Shown: positions 29,561 through 39,251 of the stretch, piece after piece
How positions within the stretch are numbered: the stretch's first letter is position 1
Layout of the letters: every line of letters starts with the position of its first letter
DNA from: Trueperaceae bacterium
Lineage (GTDB): Bacteria; Deinococcota; Deinococci; Deinococcales; Trueperaceae
Length of the DNA: 64,000 bases
Reading direction: 5' to 3'
Assembly (NCBI GenBank): GCA_965213925.1
Contig: OZ243927.1
Location: 4,032,001 to 4,096,000 of the forward strand
Notes under the pieces: generated by a model
The model's input: the letters and a program-made list of their open reading frames with translations, nothing else
Database searches by the model: none
Told to the model about the DNA's origin: nothing
Position numbers and translations under genes: made by a program

Positions 29561-31330
29561 ATGGACATTGCGGACTTACTGCATAATTGGCGGCGAGCGT
29601 TGGGTTACGTTACCGTCGGCAGCGTGTATCAGCGCATGACCTTGGAGACGGGTGGGCTGAGCGGGACGTATGAGATTTGGCAGCAACCGAGCGGCGAACG
29701 CAAAGAAGCCTTCAACTTGGGCGACATTTACAGCGAGCTTCGTGTTTATGACGGTGAACGCGGTTGGATCAAGGACCAAAACGGCTTGGTGCGCGAGCTT
29801 GCGGACTCAGAACTCGAGGCCGAACGAACGCAAGCCTATTTGGGAAGTTTTTCCCACCTCATCGCGGAGCGTTTGCCGGGAGAAGCGGTTTATTCGGGAG
29901 AAGAGGAGGGTGCGCACGCGCTCGAGCTGCGCCCGCAAGGTGGACGCCCCGTCAAAGTCTATCTGGCGAGCGATACCTTTTTGCCCGTCAAGCAAGAAGA
30001 GGTTGTTCATGACCGCACCGAAACGACGACGTTTTCGGATTGGCGCGAGGTGGAGGGCGTCATGTTTGCGTTCGCGTCGCGGCAGAGTACGGGCGACGCG
30101 AAGTACGACGTTCTGTTTCGCGTCGAAGAGGTGCGGCTTAGCGAACCTCTAAGTGATGACCTCTTTGTCAAGCCGTCCGCCGACGCCGCGCCGCTCTTTG
30201 AAGACCCCCAGGTGACACTTCCCTTTGAGCTTATCTCGAACCATATCCATGTGGAGGGTCACATCGGGGACTCGCGTCCGCTCAGTATCATTGTCGATAC
30301 AGGCGCGGGCGGCTCGGTGCTCAGTAGCAGTTTAGCGAGAGACTTAGGGTTGGAAGAGGTTGGCAAGCTCGAGGTGAGAGGTGGCGGTGAAGGGTCTCAA
30401 GACTTGGGTCACGTCAAAGGGGTCAACCTCAAGCTCGGCGGTCATATGGTGCAAGAAGCGACTTTCGCTACGATTGACCTCACGCCTTTGGAGCCGCTCG
30501 AGGGACGCACGATAGACCTCATCTTAGGCTATGACGTACTCGGGCGAACGGTGCTCGAGGTGGACTACGCAGCTAGGCAAATCACCTTTCATTCACCTGA
30601 AATATTTGTATATGAAGGTTCTGGCGAGCGCATCCCTTTTACGTTGCAGAACAACCATCCTCATATTCACGCGGACGTTTTGCTTAGGGAGGATAAGTAC
30701 GCTAGCGGCACTTTCTTGGTTGATACAGGCGCACACATGGCGCTCTATCTCAACCGCCTCTTCACCGAACGCCATAGTGTCAAAAGCGCCGTTCCTAAGG
30801 TGCTCGAGCTGCCCGAACGAGTCAGCGGCGTCGGCGGCGCGTCGCGGGAGTCGGTGGCGCGGCTACCCGGTGTGCGCTTAGGCGCGTATGAATTCACCGA
30901 GATCGTTACAACCTTGTCCGAGAGCACCTCGGGCTCGCTCGAGACAGAGGCTCTGGCGGGGCTCATCGGTGGCGACCTCTTGAAGCGCTTCCGAGTCTTT
31001 TTCGATTACGGCGCTCAGGAGATGATCTTAGAGCCCAACACTGAGTTTGACGCACCTTTCGCCTATGACGCGAGCGGGCTGCGGCTCGTGGCTGAGAATT
31101 TAGAGCGCGTTACGGTACAAGCGGTTCTCGCTAACTCGCCCGCTGAGCGAGCCGGTTTGAGGGCAGGCGATGGGCTCGAGGCGGTAGAGGTAGACAGTGT
31201 GCCCGCCGAGCACTACACCCTCAACGACATTCGCGAACGTTTAATGGAAGCAGGCACTCTAAAAACGCTAAGTTTAAGGCGTAACGGGGAAACGTTCGAG
31301 GTGGAGTTGAGGCTCGAGGCGCTCATCTAA
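29561..31330 (+). CDS. Aspartyl protease family protein (two retropepsin-like domains + PDZ)
   Basis: IVDTGA...ILGYDVL and LVDTGA...LIGGDLL; C-terminal SPAERAGLRAGD. Confidence 0.85.
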   Translation: MDIADLLHNWRRALGYVTVGSVYQRMTLETGGLSGTYEIWQQPSGERKEAFNLGDIYSELRVYDGERGWIKDQNGLVRELADSELEAERTQAYLGSFSHLIAERLPGEAVYSGEEEGAHALELRPQGGRPVKVYLASDTFLPVKQEEVVHDRTETTTFSDWREVEGVMFAFASRQSTGDAKYDVLFRVEEVRLSEPLSDDLFVKPSADAAPLFEDPQVTLPFELISNHIHVEGHIGDSRPLSIIVDTGAGGSVLSSSLARDLGLEEVGKLEVRGGGEGSQDLGHVKGVNLKLGGHMVQEATFATIDLTPLEPLEGRTIDLILGYDVLGRTVLEVDYAARQITFHSPEIFVYEGSGERIPFTLQNNHPHIHADVLLREDKYASGTFLVDTGAHMALYLNRLFTERHSVKSAVPKVLELPERVSGVGGASRESVARLPGVRLGAYEFTEIVTTLSESTSGSLETEALAGLIGGDLLKRFRVFFDYGAQEMILEPNTEFDAPFAYDASGLRLVAENLERVTVQAVLANSPAERAGLRAGDGLEAVEVDSVPAEHYTLNDIRERLMEAGTLKTLSLRRNGETFEVELRLEALI

Positions 31331-31536
31331 GGAAACACCTCGCCGAGCCAGAAGCTATCGGGTAAGGGCGCATCAAAGTCTTCACTCGCCTCCATAGCGC
31401 CGCGGTGCAAACCGAGAATCCGCTCTTTGTGCTCCGGCTGTTCTTGCGCTAACAAAAACTGCGCGAAGCTATAGACCTGTTCGCGCAGGTGCGAAGGTAA
31501 TTTGTCCATGACCTCTTCAAACTCGCTTGCTGACAT
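31327..31536 (-). CDS. DUF2281 family antitoxin-like protein
   Basis: LPSHLREQVYSFAQFL, GLHRG...SEDFDAPLPD; leaderless TAAACT-N6-ATG start. Confidence 0.8.
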   Translation of the reverse strand: MSASEFEEVMDKLPSHLREQVYSFAQFLLAQEQPEHKERILGLHRGAMEASEDFDAPLPDSFWLGEVFP

Positions 31537-31625
31537 GGTTTCAGTTTAGCAGATGCTCTAACTAGAGCGCCTCAATGCAGTCCGCCCGCTATTTCACCTC
31601 TTACCAATCAGGTCACGATACCTCT

Positions 31626-33455
31626 ATGAACCACTGTTGGGCAGGCGATGTCACCGATTTTCTAAACACCCCTTACGAGTTTTGGCTGCAAACCATGTCG
31701 CAAAACTTCGACGAGATGACCCGTCAGAGACCGAGCCAGCAGCAAGTGACAGCGTGGCGCGGTTCGTTCGAGGTATTGCAAGCCGCATTTAAAGAGGTCA
31801 CAGAGACGGACGAGAGCGCAAGAGGTTGGACGCTCGTCTTTGAGTATGAGCTGCCGAGAGAGGGCGGGCGGCGTCCTGACGTGGTGCTCCTCGCTAAAGG
31901 GAACGTGGTGGTCTTAGAGTTCAAAGAGAAGTCCGGTCTCCTCACAGCGGACATAGACCAAGTGGCGGCGTACGCGCGGGACTTGGCGAACTATCACGAG
32001 GCGTCGCACGAGCGTCCTGTGGTTCCGGTACTCATCCCGACGCAGCGAGAGGAATCGGAAGAGGCTGGCGAGGTTCAGGTGGTTGCGCCTCGTAGCTTAG
32101 CGGGGTGGTTGCAAGGGTTGGGGACCGCTTCCCCCATTGACGCGGACGCTTGGCTTAACGCCGACTACGCCCCGCTCCCTTCCGTCATTCAGGCGGCGCG
32201 TCACATCTTCGCGAACGAGCCGCTGCCTTCGGTGCGGCGGGCGCAGAGCGCGGGAATTCCCGAGGTGATGAATTATCTCAGCGAAATCGTCGAGCGGGCG
32301 AAAAGGTGCGGCGAGCGTCATCTCGTATTGGTCACAGGGGTCCCCGGCGCGGGAAAAACGCTCGTGGGTTTACAGTTCGTCCACCAGACTTATAAGGATG
32401 AGACAGACGCAAACGCCGTGCTCCTCTCCGGTAACGGACCGCTCGTCCAAGTGTTGCAGTACGCGCTCAAGAGCCGCGCCTTTGTGCAGCCGATTCGCAG
32501 CTTTTTCATCCAGCACGCCGTTAAAAATCAGTCCGCGCCGCCCGAGCACCTCATCGTCTTTGACGAGGCGCAGCGCGCTTGGGACAAGGAGCGCATGGGC
32601 GAGAAGTACGGCGTGGACGTAACAAATCCGCAGCTTATGTTCGAGGTTGCCGAGCGCATCCCTGAATACGCGGTGATGTTGGCGCTCATCGGGGAGGGGC
32701 AAGAGATTCATATTGGCGAGGAAGAGGGTATCGAGCAGTGGAGTGACGCGGTGGCGGGGGCTAAGGAAGCGTGGACGGTGCACCTTCCTGAGCGGTTGGA
32801 GTCCGAGTTCGATGCTTCACTCCATTTAGAGCCCCAGTCCTTTTTGGACCTCACGACCTCTTTGCGAACCCACTTAGCCGAAGACGTGCAGCGCTGGGTG
32901 GCGCGGCTGTTAGAGGGGGATATAAGGGGTGCCGAAGAGTTGGCCGCTGACATCCAAAACCAGGGCTTTGCCATGTACCTAACCAGAGATTTAGAGGCTG
33001 CCAAGACGTATTGCCGCGAACGCTACGAGAACAATCAGGAAAAGCGCTACGGTCTCCTCTCCTCCTCTAAAGCGAGCAATCTTCCCAAGCACGGCGTATA
33101 TAACGACTATCAATCTACCAAACGCCTTAAAGTCGGACCCTGGTACATCGACCCACCCGACTCGCCTAACTCGTGCTGTGCGCTTGACACTGTCGCCACC
33201 GAGTTCGCCTGTCAAGGACTAGAATTGGATTTTCCCATCGTCTGTTGGGGGAGCGACCTGCGCGTGCAAGAGGGGCAGTGGTGGTCGAAGGCGTCGCCGC
33301 GCTCCAAAGCGAGAGACCCGCACCGATTAAGGCTCAATGCGTACCGCGTCTTATTAAGTCGGGGGCGCGACGGATTGGTAGTCTTCGTGCCGCCCGAAAA
33401 GGTCTTGAATGAGACGTTTGCAGTGTTACAAGAGGCAGGATTGAGCGCGTTGTAG
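31626..33455 (+). CDS. DUF2075-like (Schlafen group 3-like) helicase with N-terminal PD-(D/E)xK nuclease-like domain
   Basis: EYELP...RPDVVLL...VLEFK; Walker A GVPGAGKT; DEAQ; CQGLELD; YRVLLSRGRDG; start could be 31575. Confidence 0.85.
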   Translation: MNHCWAGDVTDFLNTPYEFWLQTMSQNFDEMTRQRPSQQQVTAWRGSFEVLQAAFKEVTETDESARGWTLVFEYELPREGGRRPDVVLLAKGNVVVLEFKEKSGLLTADIDQVAAYARDLANYHEASHERPVVPVLIPTQREESEEAGEVQVVAPRSLAGWLQGLGTASPIDADAWLNADYAPLPSVIQAARHIFANEPLPSVRRAQSAGIPEVMNYLSEIVERAKRCGERHLVLVTGVPGAGKTLVGLQFVHQTYKDETDANAVLLSGNGPLVQVLQYALKSRAFVQPIRSFFIQHAVKNQSAPPEHLIVFDEAQRAWDKERMGEKYGVDVTNPQLMFEVAERIPEYAVMLALIGEGQEIHIGEEEGIEQWSDAVAGAKEAWTVHLPERLESEFDASLHLEPQSFLDLTTSLRTHLAEDVQRWVARLLEGDIRGAEELAADIQNQGFAMYLTRDLEAAKTYCRERYENNQEKRYGLLSSSKASNLPKHGVYNDYQSTKRLKVGPWYIDPPDSPNSCCALDTVATEFACQGLELDFPIVCWGSDLRVQEGQWWSKASPRSKARDPHRLRLNAYRVLLSRGRDGLVVFVPPEKVLNETFAVLQEAGLSAL

Positions 33456-33484
33456 ATAGGTCGGAAACGCGCTTAAGCCTCGAG

Positions 33485-33906
33485 CTACAGAATTCTAGCC
33501 ATTGCCGCGTTCGCACCCTCTTGATAGGCCCGCGCATCCTGCCGCTCCCAAATGAGCTTGAGGAGCGAGTAGGTGTGCAGCACGAGACCGATGGGGACAA
33601 CATAGAGCGGGATGAGCGAGAGCGGAAAGTAGGCGAAAGGCGGGGTGACGATTTGCGTCTCAGCGTCGTCCTGTCCACTGCGAGCTGTTCCGCGAGGTCG
33701 CCTATGCTGCTTGGACCGGCGAGGGAACTCGAGACTAAAAGTGTGAACTGCGAAATGCGCAAATCCACCCTCGAGAGCGCCTCATCGTAGCGCTGCGTGG
33801 TCGCTCGCACCGCTTTTTTCAGGTTGAAGTGCGCGCAGCGCCGAGCCATATGGCGGCGTTTGTCTTCGGCTAACTCCGTCACGTCGTTAATTGAGTGCAT
33901 ATGCAC
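33485..33906 (-). pseudogene. Deletion chimera: 5' part of a MarR regulator joined to the 3' end of a membrane-protein gene
   Basis: MarR-like CAHFNLKKAVR...DRTTL stops mid-HTH near 33658; another frame then reads FAYFPLSLIPLYVVPIGLVLHTYSLLKL to a stop at 33485. Confidence 0.7.
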
Positions 33907-33992
33907 ATTTCGCTAACCTCTCTACCGGACAACCGGACGAATGACCCGACCATATGAGAGAAAGGGTGCTAAGATGAGACTAGAGGTCAAAC

Positions 33993-34793
33993 GTGGGACT
34001 TATGACAGACACGTACAGCAAAGTGAGAGCGCAGTTCGGCAAGGTTGCGGCGGGCTATGTAAATAGCGAAGGACACGCGAAGGGCGCAGAACTAGCGCTC
34101 ATGGTGGAGCTTGCAGGCGACGTTGCGGGCAAACGTGTGCTCGATATCGCAACGGGTGGCGGACACACCGCGCTCGCCTTCGCCAAAGCAGGTGCCGAGG
34201 TCGTCGCAACAGACCTGACGCCCGAGATGCTAAACGCCGCCAAAGCCTTCTTTGAAAAAGAAAACGCTGAGGTGCGTTCAAGTGTCTTCTTGACGCCCGC
34301 TGCCGCCGAAGACCTTCCCTTTGAGAGCGCTTCTTTCGATATCGTGACCTGCCGCATCGCCGCACATCACTTCGCCGACCCCGCAGCGTTTCTTAGGGAG
34401 AGTGCAAGGGTGCTTAAACCCGGCGGAACGTTGATGCTCGCCGATAACATCGCCCCGACGCCCCCCGAGTTGGCGCGGATCATGAACCACATCGAAAAGG
34501 TGCGCGACCCCAGCCACGTCGAGGCGTACAGCGTGGCAACGTGGCTAGACTGGTTCGCCGAAGCGTGCTTAGAACTCCTGCACTTTTCACGGTGGGAAAC
34601 GCATAAGGATTTTAGAGAGTGGCTCACCAGGGCGCAGACCCCCGAGCCCGACGGGGACGTGTTAGAGGCGTACGTGCTGAGCCTACCCGAACGCTATAAG
34701 CGCTACTTCAAGGTGGAGGAGCAAGAGGGCGCACTGTACTCGCTCGTCCACGAGGCGGCGCTCTTTGTGGCAACGAAGTTAGAAGCGGCGTAA
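33993..34793 (+). CDS. Class I SAM-dependent methyltransferase (YafE-like)
   Basis: VLDIATGGGH, AEDLPF, FDIVTCRIAAHHF, RDPSHV. Confidence 0.9.
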   Translation: MGLMTDTYSKVRAQFGKVAAGYVNSEGHAKGAELALMVELAGDVAGKRVLDIATGGGHTALAFAKAGAEVVATDLTPEMLNAAKAFFEKENAEVRSSVFLTPAAAEDLPFESASFDIVTCRIAAHHFADPAAFLRESARVLKPGGTLMLADNIAPTPPELARIMNHIEKVRDPSHVEAYSVATWLDWFAEACLELLHFSRWETHKDFREWLTRAQTPEPDGDVLEAYVLSLPERYKRYFKVEEQEGALYSLVHEAALFVATKLEAA

Positions 34794-34951
34794 GAGCAGA
34801 TCAGCATGTTAGCTGCTCAGGTTCTATGCTTTTCCTGACGGGCTGAGTGGCTGACGTGCTTTAAGGACGTTTTCCTAATTCTAGGTATGAGTGGTCTGCG
34901 TGACAACGCCCTGACGCTTGTGCGGAAAATTTGTTACACTCACCTTTATCC

Positions 34952-35578
34952 ATGCGCCAACTTATCCTTATCCGTCACGGTCTTACCGAGTGGAATTCGA
35001 ACGGCAAGTTTCAAGGGCATAGCGATATCGACCTCTCCGAAGAAGGTAGGGTGCAAGCAGAGGCGCTACGCGGCCGCTTAGCGGAGCTTCGCCAGAGCGG
35101 GCTCAGCCTTGGTGAGGTGGTCTCGAGCCCCCTCAAACGCGCTTACCAAACCGCGCAAATTGCCCTGCCAGAGCACGATATTCGTCGTGACAGCCGCCTC
35201 AAAGAACTCAACTTCGGCGCGTTCGAAGGGCGCACCTTAGCGCAGAACTGCGCCACCGAAGCGTGGGACGCTTGGTACCGAGACCCGTTCAAGCGGCGCA
35301 CGCCGAGGGGCGAATCCTACGAAGATTTGCGGCTTAGGGTAGTGGACTGGTTTAAGAGCTTACCGGACGGGCACACCGCCGCATTTACCCACTCCGGTAC
35401 GATTCAGATGCTGATTAGTCATATCTTGGGCGTCGAGCACCCTAAGTGGCGCAAGCGTATCTTTTTGCAGCATACGAGCTTGACCCGCGTGCTCTGTAAG
35501 GACGGAGAAATCGTATTGGAGCGCGTCAACGACGCGCGACATTTGGAGCCTTTGGTTGGCGACGAGGCGTTCGGATGA
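34952..35578 (+). CDS. Histidine phosphatase (phosphoglycerate mutase) family protein
   Basis: LIRHG, SSPLKRA, ELNFG, GES, THSG. Confidence 0.92.
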   Translation: MRQLILIRHGLTEWNSNGKFQGHSDIDLSEEGRVQAEALRGRLAELRQSGLSLGEVVSSPLKRAYQTAQIALPEHDIRRDSRLKELNFGAFEGRTLAQNCATEAWDAWYRDPFKRRTPRGESYEDLRLRVVDWFKSLPDGHTAAFTHSGTIQMLISHILGVEHPKWRKRIFLQHTSLTRVLCKDGEIVLERVNDARHLEPLVGDEAFG

Positions 35579-35617
35579 TGGGAGGAGGTGGCGACGCTTC
35601 TTCTCCTCCTTATCAAT

Positions 35618-37231
35618 CTACGCCGCCGACGCCTCTCCCGTCGAACCTTGCCCCGCCTCTTCTTGCTCCGCCACTTTCCCTTCGATCATCACCCACGCGA
35701 TGAGCGCACTCAGCGCTGCGAGCGCAGCGGAAATGAGCATCACCACGCGGAAACCGTAGACGAACGCTTGACTGATCGCCGCTTCGACCTCTCCTATATT
35801 CGCGACCTCTTCAGGAATTTGAATGCTCGCTAAATCCGCCCGGTTACTGAGAATCGTGCTTCTGACCTCTTCACTCAAGTTGAGCGGCTCCAACTGACCC
35901 CTCAGCGCACTCCCAAAGGCAATCACCATCACGACACCAAAGATCGCAACGGCTAAGAGACCGGCGACCCTCGAGGCTGCGTTGTTAATCCCCGACGCCG
36001 TCCCCGCGTAGTGCGTCGCGACGGCGTTCATCACCGCTGTGGTCAGCGGCGCGACGCTGATCGCCATGCCGAAACCCATCACCGAAATCGCTGGGAAAAA
36101 GGTCGTCCAGTACGAACCGCTCGTCCCCGGCAGCGTGAAGAGCAAAAAGCCCGCCGCCACGACCACCGGACCGATGGTAAGAGGCAGCTTCGCACCAAAA
36201 CGGGCGATGAGACCGCCGGACCAGCTCGACAAGAGCGACATCAAGACGATGAAAGGAAGTAACGCTGCCCCCGCCGCCGTCGCCGAGTAGCCCTGCACTT
36301 GGATGAGGTTGAGGGGTAAGAAAAAGAGTGCGCCGCCCAAAGCCGCGTAGAGCAAGACCGTCAAGAGGTTCGCTCCGCTGAACGTTTGAGAGGAGAAGAG
36401 TTTAAGGGGAACCATCGGCGCTTTGAGACGGCGTTCTACGGTGATGAACGCGGCGACAGCGAGCACGCCGACAACGAACGCCGCGATGACCGAGAGGTTG
36501 CCAAACCCTCGGTTCGAAGACTCTAAAAAGCCGTAGGTAATCCCGCCCAGACCCACCGTTGCAAGTGCCGCCCCCCACCAGTCGAGCCCGCCCGTGACCT
36601 CATCGTCGCGGCTTTCGGGCACGCGCCACCAAGCAATCGCGATAACGGCGACCGCAAAAGGAATATTTACGAAGAAAATCCAGCGCCAGGAGAGCGTGTC
36701 GATGAGCCACCCGCCCAGGACCGGACCCGCCCCCGAAGTCATTGCGGAGAACGCCGCCCACAGCCCGATAGCGCGACCTCTTTCTCCCTCGGGAAAGGAC
36801 GCGCTGATAATCGCCAAACTACCGGGGACTAAAAGTGCGCCGCCAACACCCTGCACACCTCTTGCAATAATAAGCTGCGTCACACTCGGCGCGAGCCCGC
36901 ACCAGACCGCCGCGCCCGCGAAGAGCGCCACGCCCAGCATGAAGATACGGCTGCGCCCAAAGTGGTCCCCGAGCGAGCCGCCCAAGAGGATGAGCGCCGC
37001 CAAAAAGAGGGTGTAGGCGTTCACCACCCACTGAATGTCCACGACGTTCGCGCCCAAACTGTCTTGCAGCGCAGGTAGCGCGACGTTGACCGTCGAGGAG
37101 TTGATCTGCGCCATCGAGGAGCCTAAGATCGTCGCCGCAAGAATCCAGGGTTTGGCGTCTTCTGCGCAGGGCGTACTCTTTTGGCCCCCGCGAACGACGC
37201 CTTCGTCGCAGGGATAGTGAGCGTGCGCCAC
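35618..37231 (-). CDS. MFS transporter, 14-TM DHA2/EmrB-like
   Basis: VNVALP, GSLGDHFGR, ARGVQGVGGA, WRWIFFVN; start reassigned to GTG 37231. Confidence 0.92.
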   Translation of the reverse strand: MAHAHYPCDEGVVRGGQKSTPCAEDAKPWILAATILGSSMAQINSSTVNVALPALQDSLGANVVDIQWVVNAYTLFLAALILLGGSLGDHFGRSRIFMLGVALFAGAAVWCGLAPSVTQLIIARGVQGVGGALLVPGSLAIISASFPEGERGRAIGLWAAFSAMTSGAGPVLGGWLIDTLSWRWIFFVNIPFAVAVIAIAWWRVPESRDDEVTGGLDWWGAALATVGLGGITYGFLESSNRGFGNLSVIAAFVVGVLAVAAFITVERRLKAPMVPLKLFSSQTFSGANLLTVLLYAALGGALFFLPLNLIQVQGYSATAAGAALLPFIVLMSLLSSWSGGLIARFGAKLPLTIGPVVVAAGFLLFTLPGTSGSYWTTFFPAISVMGFGMAISVAPLTTAVMNAVATHYAGTASGINNAASRVAGLLAVAIFGVVMVIAFGSALRGQLEPLNLSEEVRSTILSNRADLASIQIPEEVANIGEVEAAISQAFVYGFRVVMLISAALAALSALIAWVMIEGKVAEQEEAGQGSTGEASAA

Positions 37232-37233
37232 TT

Positions 37234-37518
37234 TTAACCTTCGACCAATGAATCGGGTACCTCGCGCTTGGTCAACTCGTGGACGTAGCAGTAGCCCCAC
37301 TCTTCGCCCGGTTCGAAGGAGCGGACGACGGGGTGTTCAGAAGCGTGAAAGTGTTTGGTAGCGTGCTTGTTTTTAGATGAGTCGCAGCAGCCGACGTGAC
37401 CGCACCCCAGACACACCCGCAAGTGCACCCACGAGTCTCCCATCTCCACGCACTCCTTACACCCCTCACCACTCGGCGTGACCGGACTCAGACCTTCGAA
37501 ATCTCGACATTCAGCCAT
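37234..37518 (-). CDS. UBP-type zinc finger domain protein
   Basis: CKEC...WVHLRVCLGCGHVGCCDSSKNKHATKH...SFEPGEEWGYCY. Confidence 0.9.
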   Translation of the reverse strand: MAECRDFEGLSPVTPSGEGCKECVEMGDSWVHLRVCLGCGHVGCCDSSKNKHATKHFHASEHPVVRSFEPGEEWGYCYVHELTKREVPDSLVEG

Positions 37519-37696
37519 CTTGGGTCCTCATTTCTGCTGCCCTCATTCGCTTACTTTAGTTCAAAATGTTTACAATTTGGTGAAGTCTCAACGTTAGCCG
37601 GTACAGCGCTCGCCCGAACGTTGTGCCAGTTGCCTTTTGCTCGAGCCCTTCGCCGTTAGCTGATCCAAAAAGCCAACGGCTAAAGGCTTGCTCTTC

Positions 37697-38920
37697 CTAA
37701 TCCCCCGAGCTTGGCGAACGCGATAACGCCTCCGGTCTCCCTTTGTGATTGCCCAAAAGCCACTCCTTCCACGACAGCTCCAGCGTGCTGCAGTCTCTAT
37801 CTGGGTAGCGCACGTCCCTCGTTTGCGAATAATTGAGGATGCCGACTAGGAGCACGCCGCCAAGCGTGTTGCCCAAGAGGACGGGCAAAAAGAACCCGAA
37901 CGCCGACGCCGCCAGACTCGCCTCGCCTTGAAAGACCAAATAGAGCGCTTCGCTCGAGCCGATGATGCAGTGAAAGAGGTCGGCCGAAGGAATCATAAAC
38001 ATGAGGACGAACACGGTGAAAAAGCGCGTCATGGAGTCCCGCGCCGCGTGCGTCAGCCACACCATGCTCGCGACAATCCAGCCCGCAAAGAGCCCCTTCC
38101 AGAAGAGGTCCCACCAGGGCGTCTCGAGACCGTGCAGCGCAAAGCCCCGCGCCGCCTCCGCCGCTTCGGGCGTCAGCACGCCCGTCGTCGCTAAGACGAG
38201 CGCCACTAATGCCGCGCCAAGCACGTTGGCGAGCAACACGACGCCCCACACCCTGAGAAGCGTCGGCAAGGAGGCGATGCGCGTCAAGACGAGCGTGACG
38301 GGCGTGAGGGTATTCTCTGTAAAAAGCTGATAGCGCCCCATGACGATGAGCAAGAAGCCCACCGGATAGAGCAAGTTGCCGACTAAGCCGCTCGAGTCCC
38401 ACGGCGTCAACCCCGTCAGCGCCGCTCTTGCTAAAAAGGTCAACCCGATCGAAAGCCCCGCCGCGACGCCGCTCAGAAATAAAAGGCGGTTGCTGCGCGA
38501 AAACTCCTCGTCCGCCGTCGCCGTAATGCGCTGGAAAATCTCGTCGGTGGAGAACATGTCGCGCACCGCTTTGCCCGCCGCCGGTGCGCCCGAGGCGGAG
38601 CGGTCCAGTGCGCCGCGCACGCCCATGTTCTCCGAATCCTCTTCCGGGTCTGTGAACGCGATATCCGACGCACTGAGCGCGTCTCTAAGCTCATCGTCCG
38701 AGGGGTTTTTCATGACCCTGTCGCCCACCGTGACCATCGGATACTTGAGCTGACCGCTGTTCATCTGCCGCACGCGCTCTTCGGCGTCAGCGTCGTTTTC
38801 GATGTCGAAGAAGTCGTAAGGGACGTTGTGCTCGCCCAGCCACTCGCGGATGCCTTTTGTAAGGGGGCAGCTCTGGGTGCCGTAGACGGCGGTGTCCACT
38901 TGGATGGCGGCTTGGGTCAT
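37697..38920 (-). CDS. Glutaredoxin-like domain fused to formate/nitrite transporter (FNT) family channel
   Basis: N-term YGTQSCPLT...YPMV...NPS; C-term QLFTENTL, LANVLG, HCI, LGNTLGG. Confidence 0.85.
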   Translation of the reverse strand: MTQAAIQVDTAVYGTQSCPLTKGIREWLGEHNVPYDFFDIENDADAEERVRQMNSGQLKYPMVTVGDRVMKNPSDDELRDALSASDIAFTDPEEDSENMGVRGALDRSASGAPAAGKAVRDMFSTDEIFQRITATADEEFSRSNRLLFLSGVAAGLSIGLTFLARAALTGLTPWDSSGLVGNLLYPVGFLLIVMGRYQLFTENTLTPVTLVLTRIASLPTLLRVWGVVLLANVLGAALVALVLATTGVLTPEAAEAARGFALHGLETPWWDLFWKGLFAGWIVASMVWLTHAARDSMTRFFTVFVLMFMIPSADLFHCIIGSSEALYLVFQGEASLAASAFGFFLPVLLGNTLGGVLLVGILNYSQTRDVRYPDRDCSTLELSWKEWLLGNHKGRPEALSRSPSSGD

Positions 38921-39251
38921 CGCGCCTTAGTTTGAATTTGGAGGGGCTCGAGGCTAACCATCACCGTTACAGATGTCTTCATAAGAGGCCACTTTCTACA
39001 GGTTGAGAGGTTACAGCGCGTAAGAAGGATTGAAGATAGAGGTCCTGAGTCGAAAAAAAGTGTTTTCTCTACCTTTTTAGCGTGCACGCTTGCATTGGCG
39101 AAGTCACTTGGCTTACGTTACAGGGTTAATATATCTTTCAATCTTGGGCGTGTTCGCGTAGATACACCCGTCAGTTGGTGCGCAGCGCGTCATTCTCGAA
39201 CTCCATGATTTTGATGCGTCAGCCGTGCACGACGCTCGAGCGTCTCTACAT

